Assembly: GCA_016748015.1 (NCBI GenBank)
Contig: JAAOMT010000577.1
Location: 310,001-374,000 of the forward strand
DNA: 64,000 nt
From: Geosiphon pyriformis uo1
Lineage: Eukaryota > Fungi > Glomeromycota
Reading direction: 5' to 3'
In this document: positions 37,099-49,589 of the stretch, piece after piece
How positions within the stretch are numbered: the first letter of the stretch is position 1
How the letters are laid out: each line of letters starts with the position of its first letter
Position numbers and translations under genes: made by a program
The notes under the pieces: generated by a model
Told to the model about the DNA's origin: nothing
Databases searched by the model: none
Seen by the model: only the letters and a program-made list of their open reading frames with translations

Positions 37099-38070
37099 TG
37101 TTACCAGTAGAATTTTAGTTATTAATTAGCATAAAATTACTCTTATAATTTCTATTATTAATTAGCATATATCATTATCATTTTGATTATTACTTATTAT
37201 TTAATCAAATTATCAAATATCATTACTCAATCAATAATCCGATTTGTACTCTAGAAATTAAGATGATCAAATTACACAATACTCTGAACTATTTAACATA
37301 GTCAAAATTCGCCGATATTAATGAAAATTGGCCGAAATAATTAAATAGTTCAATGAAATAACTTGTAGTTCACCGAAATATATCTTTAATTTACCCAAAT
37401 TGTAGCAAAGAGAAAAGTGCAAGTTCAAAGACTAGTACTACAACAAATTGTATAAAAGAAGAGCTTTTCTTTTTAAGAAAATATATCTTCTTATAGTATC
37501 TTATTATAGTACTTTATTTTAGATATCTTAATTAAAACAAATCACCTTTTTACATTCAAATAAAAATTAAATATTTGAAAAACAAATTCTTAAAATTATT
37601 ATACTTGAAATTCTCTCAACATAACTAATGTTTTGAAATTGATTAGCTACCAATTTTAGTAAACTGTTAGTGACTCCAGGCCTGGATAGAAAACGTTTCC
37701 CTTGATAAATTCTATTTCTTTTATATTTCTTTTATTTTTCTTTTTTTTTCTTATTATAATCATCAGGATAGCCTATAGACAAGATTCCTATAGAAGAGTT
37801 AACTTTTACAGCAAAGTAACTACACATTTTTAGTGAGCTTCCAAATGAGCAATTCTTGGGAAAGAGTTGACATTTACTACAACATAACTATATAAAAGCA
37901 ACTGGCAAGAAATTGGTCATTCTATTTATAAGCCCAGCAGTTCAAATTATAGGAGATAATTTGAAGATAAATTCAGTTACTGGAGGTCCAACTACTTCCT
38001 GAAAACGTGAATTCACAGCAAATCAACATTAATAACATTCAAGAAAAGAGACCAAAAACCTCTGATAACA
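37099..38070 (+). repeat. Solo LTR, family D, inserted in integrase
   Basis: TGTTACCAG...CTGATAACA, TSD ATAT (37095-37098, 38071-38074), ~21-bp AGTTCACCGAAATA-type U3 repeats. Confidence 0.95.
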
Positions 38071-39550
38071 ATATCAAAAAACTTATTTTATGAACAGAAT
38101 ATTAACAGAATTAAGTTAAAAATTTAGAATTCAAAAACTATTATTATTTTTATATTATCTATAAATAAATAGCTTAATTAAAAAGTTTGACAAAATACTA
38201 TAAAACAATAACCAAAATCACCCAAAAAAACCAGAACAAATGAGATTTGTTTATACTATCAATATTATTTATTTATCAAATAATAAAGCAAAATACTATA
38301 CAAACAACACTATTTAAATTAGTCTATAATAGAACAACAACATTATCAGTTAAGATAAATGTTAATACATATTTAACAAAACTAATAACAGAAAACAACT
38401 TTCAAAAAACATTGTTAAAAAAAACATATAACTTAATAAAAATTCTAGAAAACAAAAAACAAAGAACAGTTGATAATATATAAAAGTCACTAAAAAAACA
38501 AAAAGAACAATATAACAACCAGTTATTAGATAAACTAGTCAAATTTAAAATTGAAGACAAAATACTCTTATATTGTATTAAAGCAGAAAAACAATAGAGT
38601 AAAAAGTTTGATTCAAATAAGACAGTCTATTTTACATTAAAAAAATTCTAAAAAATGAAGCTTATAAATTAAGATAAGACAACAAAATTTTAACCAAAGG
38701 AGTACATAGTAATTAACTAAAATTATATTACAATATAGTATTATTATCTATTAGTAATATTTCACAATTAAGAGTACAAAAAATACTAATTAAATCAGAT
38801 AAAATTTCACAAGATTTGAAACTAATCATAATCATTAAAAAAAACATAGAAAATAAATTAAAATAAAAGTATATAAAAACATAATATATGTGACAAAAGC
38901 AATAGTAAAAAATAGAAATTTCAAACCATATTTATACAATGGCACAACAATTGTTTCAAGCCATAAATTAATAACAATTGGATATAAAAATCATTATTAA
39001 TTATTAAAAAAAAAACAAAGATTATTCTATATTAATAACTATAAAATCAAACAAAGCATTAATTAGATAAAATTATAGAAAAAATAAAATTATTTTTGGA
39101 AATACCAATTACTATTCCAACAGAAAAACTAACCAAAAAAAACCGAAAGCTATAAATAAAACAATTTCTAATATTATATTGTTACTATTAGTTAGAACAA
39201 AAACTAAATATTCAAAAGTTATATACTGACAAATCTAAAAAAATTTTCAATTAAAAAAATGTATAACAGATTGAAAACTTTATTAGAAAGAAGACAAGTT
39301 CTATATTATATATTAAAACAATTTACTAATTACATGCCATATTTTAAAATTATCTAAAAATACTATACTATATTCAAAAATAGAACCAATAACTGTTAAC
39401 CAGTAAAAAAAAAATGATTAATTTTTAGTTTGAAGACATATAAACCAGAATTTAACAAATAATATTAGAAAAAAAAAATTAAACTTAATTCAAAATAAGA
39501 ATTTTGATAGAGCTCAATATTAATATTACTTATAAAAAAAAGAGTACTAA

Positions 39551-40157
39551 TGTTATAAGTAATTATTTGGGGTGTTAAGACAAATAAAAAACTCATAACT
39601 TAGTGTTTAATAGTTGTTAATATTGGTAATTTCTGAAGGTTTTAGAGTCTAAAGGTTTTGGTTAAGTCTTTTATATAATAAACAGAAATTCAATTAATGT
39701 TTCATATCCTTCTAGAAGTGTATTTTATGAATTTTTTTCTTTAGCATGATAACTAGTTTATTTTAATAGTCATGCTTTTCTAGTAAGTTATTCTCAATTT
39801 TTATGAATTCCCTATCTTTGTTTTATAAGTTTTTTACCAGATTAATTTTAAAATTAATAACTTAGTACTTAATTTTTTTAATCAATTAGTAAACAACAAA
39901 GAAACAAAAACAAAAGAAAATAACAAAAAATAAAAGAAAAATAGAAAAAAAAATAAAAAATTAGTATTCTTTTAATAGCCATGATCAAAAGCTATTGGTC
40001 TAGTGTAGTTAAGTATTAGATGCTATCAACATAAAGTGTTAATAGTATAAAAATAATTAATATTTTCAATCAATAATAACAATATGGATTTGGATGGTAA
40101 GTAGATATTTTATTAATATTGATGTAACTTTTTTTGTACTCTTTTTTATAAGTAACA
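39551..40157 (-). repeat. Short (607 bp) B-type solo LTR inserted 27 bp inside the 3' LTR of element B
   Basis: TG...CA ends. TSD CTAA/CCAG, which are related by transitions only. Lacks the U3 repeat block. Confidence 0.8.
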
Positions 40158-40995
40158 CCAGAAAAAAATAAGAAAAACAGATTATAAAATAGATCAATAA
40201 GAGAATAATACTTAATAAATAAGCATATTTTTAGGAAATTATAACACATTTTTAAGAATATGCATATTTTCAAAGAATGAACATATTTTTAGAAATAAGC
40301 ACATTTTTAAAAAGTAGCATAAAAAAAGAGTAAAAATGTGTAAGATTTTATATAACACAAATTATATATATATAGTAAGAGTATTAAAAACAAAAAAAAT
40401 AGAACAGTAATAAAAACAAGAATTAAATATAAGTAATTATCCAATATTTTTCTTTTCAAAAGATAATTTTCTATAACTTGAAATAAAATTATACTTATAT
40501 TAATAAAAATATCTATTATTATCATTACTTGATTAAAAAATATTAATTAATTCTATACTATTAACAATTTATGTTAATAAAATTTAATATTTAACTACAT
40601 TAGACCAATAGTTTTTAATTATGATTATTGAAAAAATACTAATTTTTTAATTTTTTTTTTGTTTTTTTTTGTTTTTTTATTGTTTATTAATTGATTAAAA
40701 AAATTAAGTGCTAAGTAATTGATATTAAAAATAGTCTGATAAAAAATCTGTAAAACAAAAATAAAAAACTTAAAAATAGCTTATCAAAAAAATACAACTA
40801 TTAAAATAAACTGGCCACCATATTAAAAACAAAAATTAAGGAAAACCATCAATTGAATTTTTGTTTATTATACAAAAAACTCAACCAAAACTTTTAGACT
40901 TTAAAACTTTTAGAAATTACTATTATACTTAACTATTAAGTACTAAGTTATGAGTTTGTTATTTGCTTTAACATTTCAAATAATTATCTGTAACA

Positions 40996-43900
40996 ATAAC
41001 TAACAATTTTATTAAGACTTTGATTACTACTACTTCAACCAAATTTCGGATTTACCAGTAATTGGTAGAAACCAAATCTGAAAAAAAAAAATAATAATCA
41101 AAAAATTAATAATTAAAATCTGATTTCAACTAACCTAAAAGTTCAAACTTTGATTGTTTAAACTCAACAAAATCTGAACAATTAAAATCTTATTCTTATT
41201 TTTTAACAAATTTTATCTTAAGTTATCTGGATCAATTTATCACCAAACACACTAATAGTTATTTTTTAATAACTATAAATCAACTTATTTATAAGACAAA
41301 TAATATACATACCAATTGCCAAACTTAAAAAATTCATCAATGAAAAAGATAATGTTTAAATATGGCTAAATAATATAACAAAAGCCATTGCAGCCAACAG
41401 ATGGGACAATATTAAAGCTTTTTAAGTTATTCTATATTTTTTACAAGACACTGCAAACTTATAGTATTAGAGCCTAATAAACAAATTACAAGATTTTAAT
41501 ATGTTTAAAGTTATATTTTTATAATATTTTAATAATTACAACGGTATTAATTATCTGTTAACTGGTTTTATTACAATTAAACAAAGTAACACAAAAGCAG
41601 TCACTATTTAATTGAAATGCTTCTACAAAAATCTGTATTAGATTTAAGCAATTAATGCAAATTACTTTATAGTATCACAAATATTAAAGTAATTTATTTG
41701 TGAATTATATAGTAGTTTTGTGTAATAAGTATATTTATTACATTCAAATATGTTTTAAAACACAGTTATACATGCCAGAAATTTTAAAAAAATAATACTT
41801 GAAGTTAACTATGTCCAAACCATAAATCTAATAATAAACAGACTATCTGAATTGAATTCAAAGTTAAAACAATTTAGTGATTTAATTAATCAGAAATTAA
41901 AAAGATATTTAGCTAATAATACAACAATTTATTAATCTTTTTAATACTACAACTATTAAAAAAACTCAGAATTAATTATGTTCACAGATAGTTTACCAAT
42001 CTCAATAAATTCAAGCACAGCTTCAAATTTTAATTTAAATTACCAACAAAAATCAAGAGCCAAGAATCAACTACATCTAACAAAATTGAAAATTAGCAAT
42101 AGTCATGCATTAACTAATCTCCAGTTTTTCAAACCAGCCATCAGAATTATGTTTAAAAAATTTGGGAAATTGGTATGTTTAAAATTCGAATTTTCAAAAC
42201 TATTTAAGCCTCTTGGTTACTCCAGAAAATACTTAATCTAACAATTCAAAACTATTAAAAAACCATCTATCAACAATATTTTATTAGCAACTGTTACTAA
42301 AAATAAATTACTTGTTACTATATTTCTTTTTAAATTAAAAAACTGAATTAAAATACTGTTATTTAGTAGAATTGTTTTCAACACTAAACCAATTACTATC
42401 ATGTATACTAATATTAAAGTTGATAGTCAATTTATCAAACTAATCCTTAATAGTAATTTAGTAGGCAGCATTATTACACAACAACTCATAGATTAATTAA
42501 ATTATTAAGTTAATTAAGCTATTAATGCCAGAATTATTACTGTTGATAAAGCAACAAAAACTTCTATTGGTAAAATTGATGACTTTTTTTTTGATGTCAA
42601 TGGTCTTATCATATTAATTAAAATATTAGTAATAGAAATCATATAGTATCAAGCTTTTATTAATAATGACTAATTGTTCAAAACAAATGTCATATTCAAT
42701 TAAAATATTTAAGAACTTCAGTTAATATTTAGTGGTCAACATAATTAAGTATTTGCCATCTATAATTACTTTAAAGCTTCTTTAAAAAAACAACTATTAA
42801 TTGAGTTGAAAAAAAAAAACCTACTTGGAAAACTTATTAAGTTTCATGAACTGAAAATAAACACAATAAATTACTACTTATACTTACTTAAAAAAAAAAA
42901 AAAGACAAACTTCAAGCTATTACCACCATAAAAAAACTAGTTAACAGTTGGAATATCTTATATTTAACACTAATATTAAGAAAACATTTATTTTATATCT
43001 TATTTAGGTACATAAATTACAACAAAAAACTTTTATGCATAGAAGTTTGAATCTTTTTAGAAAAAAAATATGAAACACATACTTGTTATTATTGTAAAAT
43101 ATGTTATTAAGAATGCTTTTGATATTTAAAACAACAAAAAAAATAGAACAATAAATTTTATTTAATTTGTAAAGAAACTCTATTCAATAAAAAAATATAG
43201 AATAATATTTCTGGTTAAAAAAAAATGTGCAATATATTATGTTAATACATAATTTTTATTAGCAATTGGGTAAGCAGAAAAACATTTTTTAATATTATAT
43301 AGAACAGAGTTTTTTCATGTTTGAATGACTATTTACATAATAAAAATAAAATCTGGCAAATAGCAAGTACTAAAGTTAAAGACATTTTATTTAGTAAAAT
43401 ATTAACAATTAAAACCAATTCACCAAAACTCATTAAAACTGTTCTCATTCCAAACTCAGATATTTTTGTTGACATTATAAGTAATCCAAAACAATTTTAT
43501 AAATACTAACAAAATCTAGTACTTACTTGAAAAGAACAAAAACAGTATTTAAAACAATTAAATATTGAACTCTATAAATATTGCCTAATTTTCAGTAATT
43601 TCAAATATTGTAATAATTATAACTTTATTTACAATTTATTATTGTGTATAATTTATTCAATTTTTAAAGAAAAAGAACTAATCAGCAGTTGTATTTTAAA
43701 ATCAAAATTGAAACTTAATTTTAATTTAAACTTTAATAATAAAGACAAAAATGGTTTTAATACTATTTACAATAATAATAACAACAAAAATAACAATAAT
43801 TCAAACTTTAATAAAAATCCAAAACAATATATTATATTTCTAAACTTATTAATAGAACAGAAATTTAAATAATTTAGTGATAACAATAAAGATATTATGT

Positions 43901-45509
43901 CAAAATACATACATAATATTAATACAGAGTTTGATTTCAAATAATCTGAAAAAACTGTCATCAAATTGGAATTCTATTTACATACTAGCATAGATTTAAA
44001 ATTAGCATTAAAAATTCTAACAACAACAATAATATAATTAGTGTTTAGATTTAATTTAGCAAAAAAAAGAATTAATATCAGAGAAAAATAATTAACACAA
44101 AATATGTAGAAAATATTATTTTAATACTACAAAATAAATCAGAAAAATCATACACAATTGAACTAAATAAAAAAATAACATAGACATATTTCTGTTTTTA
44201 ATAAAAATAGTTCAGTTAATATTAATAAAAACAAAAAAAGAATTAGAGATAACAGCAAAAAAGATAAATGAATTTAAATTTATGAATAGAATAAAAATAC
44301 CAATTAATATAATAGAAGAGAAAACAATTAATAAGAAAAAAATTATTTTTATATATTAATTAATTTTTATTCTACTATATGATCAGCATATATTAACTAT
44401 AAAAAAAAAAGTAAAAAATCAATTTCAAATTCATAAAATAAAACCTATTAATTATAAGTCAAGAAAAATTGCTATTACTAATTTCTACATATCAGCCAAA
44501 AATCATAAACATATTAAGATTCTAATATATAACACAATCAAAACTTAATAGAAATACTAAGTAAAACTATCATCAAATACTTAAATATAAAAGTTGAGAA
44601 TTAGATACTGATTACCATTTCTAATTTTTTACAAATTTGTAAATATGTAAACATTACATCACAGACTATTTTTAGATAAAAAGAATGCTATTTGTTATAA
44701 TAAAAACAACTAGAACAAATAAACTTAGAAAACTTAAATTCACTCCAATATATGCAAATTAAACTGCCACTTAACAATTTTATTGACATTTTTGCGAGTA
44801 AAAACAAATTTGGCAGCATCAAATTAAAACTGAAAATGCAATACTAATTAAACAAAAAACATACTAAATACTACTTATCAGTTATAAAATCATTTAGCAA
44901 AAGATCAACTACATATTGAACAATAAATTAATTTAACTATTAATAAGTCTATAGTCATTACTAGTAATACTTGTTTGTAAAAAAAATAGAAAGATCTACT
45001 TTTGCATAAATTATAGAAAACTTAACAGTATTATTTATGGAGACAGTTATTCAACTTTATGAATTTAAAAATTATTTAATGCTTTTGGAAGAAAGAAATA
45101 GTTTTTTACATTAAACTTAGACAGTAATTACTGATAAATAGCCATAAATTCAGCTAACAAAAAAAAGATAGCATTTACTATCAGAGAAAAAAACTTTAAA
45201 TTTAATGTTATGCCTTTTGGCTTAACTAATATTTCAGCCATCTTTTAATAGCTAACAAAAATTGTTTATACTAGATTACTATAAAAATCAATAATAGTCT
45301 ATTTAGATAACATTAATATATTCTCTAAAACATTTAAGATTAATTATCTCAATTTTATTTGAATCTGTTTTAATGTTATCTTTGCTTATAATATATCCCA
45401 AAAACTTGAGTTCAGTTTTTCTAAAAAAATACTTAATAGCATTCAATTTTAATTCTGCTTTTCTTAATTTTTTGAACACTTGTTAAAGATAATAAAAATA
45501 ATTATTAAA
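40996..45509 (+). pseudogene. Third copy of the gypsy gag-PR-Cys-rich-dUTPase-RT region, truncated at both ends, last ~170 bp inverted
   Basis: Starts mid-gag. PR at ~42400, dUTPase ~43900-44290, RT to YLDN at ~45300. The RT continuation is found reverse-complemented at ~45341-45509. Confidence 0.85.
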
Positions 45510-45519
45510 AAGGAAATTA

Positions 45520-46460
45520 TGTTATTATTAGAATTTTAGCTATTAATTAGCATAAAATTACTCTTATAATTTCTATTATTAATTAGTATATATTATTATT
45601 AGTTTAACTATTACTTATTATTTAATCAAATTATCAAATATTATGATTCAATTAATAACCTAATTTGTATAATACACAATATAATAATTAGATCATACAA
45701 TATACCAAATTCTAAAACATTTGTAAAAATTTGCAAAAATCTTAATAGTTTACCAAAATAATTCATAGTTTATAAAAATATCTTGTAGTTTGTTAAAATA
45801 ATATCTTTAGTTCACTGAAATAATAGCAAAAAAAAAGTACAAGTTCAAAAACTAGTACTATAACAAGTTGTATAAAAGAAAAGCTTCTTTTTTTAAGAAA
45901 ATATATATTATATTAGATTGATTTTCCTATAATAATATTTTTACTTATACATTAAATAAAAATTATATTTTACAAAACACAAAATTTTTATTTATTGTAT
46001 TTGAAATTTTTCAAAACTCCAACTAATATTTTAAAATTAATTAGTTATTATTTTCAGTAATCTATTAGTGACTTCAGGTCTGAACAAAAAACAATTCTCT
46101 TAACAAAATTCTATTTTTTTTAAAATTTTTTATTTTTTTGTTTTTTTGATTTAATTATTAAAATAGCCTACAGACAAAATTTCTATAAAAGAGTTGACTT
46201 TCACAGCAAAATAATAACACATTTTAGTGAACTTCTAAACAAGTAATTTTTGGAAAAAAGTTGACATTTATTACAATGTAACTATACAAAGTAACTGGTA
46301 TAAGATTGGTCATCTTACTTATAAGAGCAGTTTAAATTATAAAAGATAATTTGAAAATAAATTCAGTTATTGGAGGTTCAATAACTTCTAAGAAACATGA
46401 ATTTACAACAAACAGACATTAATAATATTCAAGAAAAAAAACCAAAAATCTCTGATAACA
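45520..46460 (+). repeat. LTR, family D, without matching TSD
   Basis: Matches 37099-38070. Preceded by the purine tract AAAAAGGAAATTA; flanks ATTA / ATAT. Confidence 0.85.
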
Positions 46461-48645
46461 ATATAAATCTGATTATTTTTTTAAATTTTAAAAAAGTAGT
46501 AGCTTCTCTAAAATTATTAACTAATAAGAATTATTTTTTAATTACTTGAATTTTTACTGTTGTTAATTTGTTTTTTACTGCTAAAAAATTAATATTCAAA
46601 ACAAAGCTTTGTATTATCTATTTTTGTATAGTTTAAAGCTCTTTAAGCAAATATAATCTGAAAAAAAAATGTCTTTATTAATTGCTTTTTTTAATGCATT
46701 GGGCATTTTTGGAAATTTGTTTAAATATAAGTTCTTAAATTTGCAGGTTCTGAAATAGTTCTTTTTAAACTCATTACAGTTTCTGTTAAGTTGTGTATTA
46801 GTTCAATAAACAATTTTTTGGCTAAGATAGTAAGAATTTTTTTGAACAATAATTTATCTTTAATAAACAATTTGTCTAATGTATTTTGTGGTTTTAGTAA
46901 ATTTCTAATATTAAACATTTTGAAAAATTTTTTGTATTTTAGCTCTGTTCTTTCTTTAAAGTAATTTGGAGTTGCTTTTAGTAACAAACTTTTAAACAAA
47001 AAAGAGAATATAATAAGTTAAAAAACATTTTGTTAATAAAAAAAATTGGATTCAAAGGACTCTGTACCTTATTAATTCAAGTTAGTATTTAAATTTTTAA
47101 TTAATAAGAATTCTTTAGTTGTTGATTTTACTATTGCTAATAGATTACTTAGTTTAGATATTTTGAGATTTAAAAAATTCTCTAATATGCAGAAGTGTTT
47201 GCTTAAGATTTGGTTTGATTCTATTAAAATTTATATGAATGGTTCTTTAAAATGTGCTAATTTTACTAAAGTTGCTAATAAGACAACTGCATACTTTCTG
47301 GCTGTAAATACAGGTGTTAGTGTTAAAGTACATGGTCTTTTGTCCTTTATAATGACTGAGTTATAGACTGTTGTTCTGTTCTTAAAGTATGTTCTATTTT
47401 TTTGTGTAATAGTTTTACATTTGGACAGCCAATTTGTTATTAATACATGTGTTTTTAAAGTTTTATTTACTGTACCAGACTTCTATAATTAGTATTAAAT
47501 AAAAAGAAAAAAGATTGCTAATCTAATTAAGGATAAAGATTTTTTCATTATGTAGTTTAAAATTAAAAATTATTTAAGTATTCTAGACAATATTTGAGCT
47601 GATGTAATAGTTGTTAAGACTGCTTATCCCTTTTTTTTACCAATTGAAATTCAGAGTTATTTTATGATGACTGAAAATATGACTGTATTTGGTAATGCTT
47701 ATTATTTTGTTTGTGATTTATACAAATCTATTTGTTATGTTTAATAGGAGATTGGCTTTAGTTATAATATGATTTTGAATATACTAATTAAGAAGATAAA
47801 TTAACTAGCTACTGTAAAGATCTGACATCTTAACTTGCATATGCTTTTTAAGTTTATTAGTAAAAAGTCTGCAAATATGCATATGTACTTAATAAAAACT
47901 GTATATAAGCAACTATTAGTAATAATTAAAAAGAGATTATATAATAAAATATATCCTAATATGCTGTATTTGTTATGTAGTAAAGTGAAATCTTCCAATC
48001 ATGTTTTTGCTTGTGCTAGAGATAGTGGTATTTAGAAAGATATTTTGGTGAAAACTTTTGAAAAATGGGTTTTATTGATAGGTGCTTACTGTTTATTTTT
48101 TTTTGTTGTTCTGTAAATTTTTTTTTAGTGTTTATTAAATATATATTTATATATGACAATTTGCAAAAATTTGTGCTGAAAAATTGGTATGTCAAAGCTA
48201 TTATGATTTTTAATAGAAAAGTGAAAACAGTTTCTGCTTTTGTTAAATATATAAGATATTTGATAGAATTGTATTAGACTAAAATATGGCTTATAAAATT
48301 AAAACATAAAATAAACATGGAAAAAGCTGAATTGGTCAAAAATTGTGGCATAATTTCAAATTTGCTTTGTTGTATAATATCTATGTTATTGAATAAAGTG
48401 GTTTAATTACTTGGTATAATAGAGTTTTTTACAGTTAGTTTTAGTAAACATAAACAGTGTCCTTTTTTTTCTGGTTTAAGTAAAGATGTATATATTAGTA
48501 TAGATATTTAATATTGTCTTGTCTGGTCCAAGTAACTGGGCACATATAATAAAAACATGAACTGCATTTAGTTTAAGCTACTTAGTTTGGTTTTATATAT
48601 TAGATAGTAGTTAGATTTTACTCATTAAATGTTTAATAAAAAAAA
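46461..48645 (+). mobile_element. Older, decayed 3' part of an RNase H-containing LINE (same family as 49461-56372)
   Basis: LDSKDSVPY (LDPRGPVPH), IYMNGSL (VYTDGS), YLLCSKVKSSNHVFAC zinc motif. The 3' UTR is homologous to 56240-56372 and ends in AATAAAAAAAA. Confidence 0.85.
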
Positions 48646-49149
48646 TATTTTATTTTAAATTTTTTATGTTAATTAATTTTGTTTTAGATTGAATTTTTTA
48701 AAATAAATAAAATATTCAACTTTTTTATAATATATTTATTAAAAAAATATATAATTATTCTTAAATTATATTTCAAATTAAAAACTTATTATTTATTGTT
48801 TATGTTAAAAGTTACTGATTTTTAATCTAATATTTATTTTGGTTTTATTAAAAAGATTAAAATTTTGCAATATTTTTTAATTTAAAAATTTAAATTGTAA
48901 ATAACATATTAAAATTTTTGTATTAATATTAGTATAAAGTTATTTTAAAAATATATAAATAACAGTTTAACAAATTAATAATTATAATTATAAATATTAA
49001 AATATTTTAATATAAAACTATATATATTATTTTACAAATTAATATTAATAGTAATTAATATAGCTTAACAATATAAAAAATACTAATATCTATAGTTAAT
49101 ATACTGTTATAGTTAAAATTTTTACTTTATAATATTAATTTATATTACT

Positions 49150-49440
49150 TAGTCATAATAAATTATATGTATTAATTATTAATATTATTAATTATTAATG
49201 TAATTATTAATTTGATCAATAATTTATTTATTAACTTATTTATTAATTTAGTTATTTACTTAATTATTAATTTTTTTTAAAAATATATAAACAATATTTT
49301 TTAAAATTATAAAAAAATATTTATATTTAAATTTATATTTAAATTAATATAATAATATCAACTTTTTTTTTTTTTTTTACTATTTTTATTTTTATTTTTA
49401 TTTATATTATTGTTAATTTTTGTAATAAATAATTAAAAAA
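49150..49440 (+). repeat. Extremely eroded family-C LTR relic
   Basis: 12-bp periodic TTAATT/TTGATCA units followed by a TATATAA-CAATA segment collinear with 10830-11000. Confidence 0.4.
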
Positions 49441-49589
49441 CTAATATAATATTAATTAATAAAAAAATCTTTCTCTTGTCAATCCTCTGATCATGATGAG
49501 AGCAAAAGATTTTTTGGAAAAATTGCTTTTCTTTCTTCTTTTCCCCTTAGTTTATTCAAGCTATTTCTTTTACTGAACTCTTTTTTGTC

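Larger units (their letters stand above)
14918..40995 (+). mobile_element. Ty3/gypsy element (family B LTRs), ~9.8 kb after removing five nested insertions
   Basis: 5' LTR 14918-15766, PBS at 15769, gag, PR (~19040-19400), Cys-rich region, dUTPase (33483-33865), RT (~34400-35100), RH, IN (~36700-38720), extra ORF, 3' LTR 39524-39550 plus 40158-40995. Flanks (AAAC / ATAA) do not match. Confidence 0.85.

Noticed and set aside
9300-48300. Short I/L/F/K/N-rich ORFs in the track as membrane proteins, or an alternative genetic code
   Set aside because: They are by-products of AT-rich decayed TEs. All three stop types occur at positions explained by transitions, and the intact gene uses the standard code.
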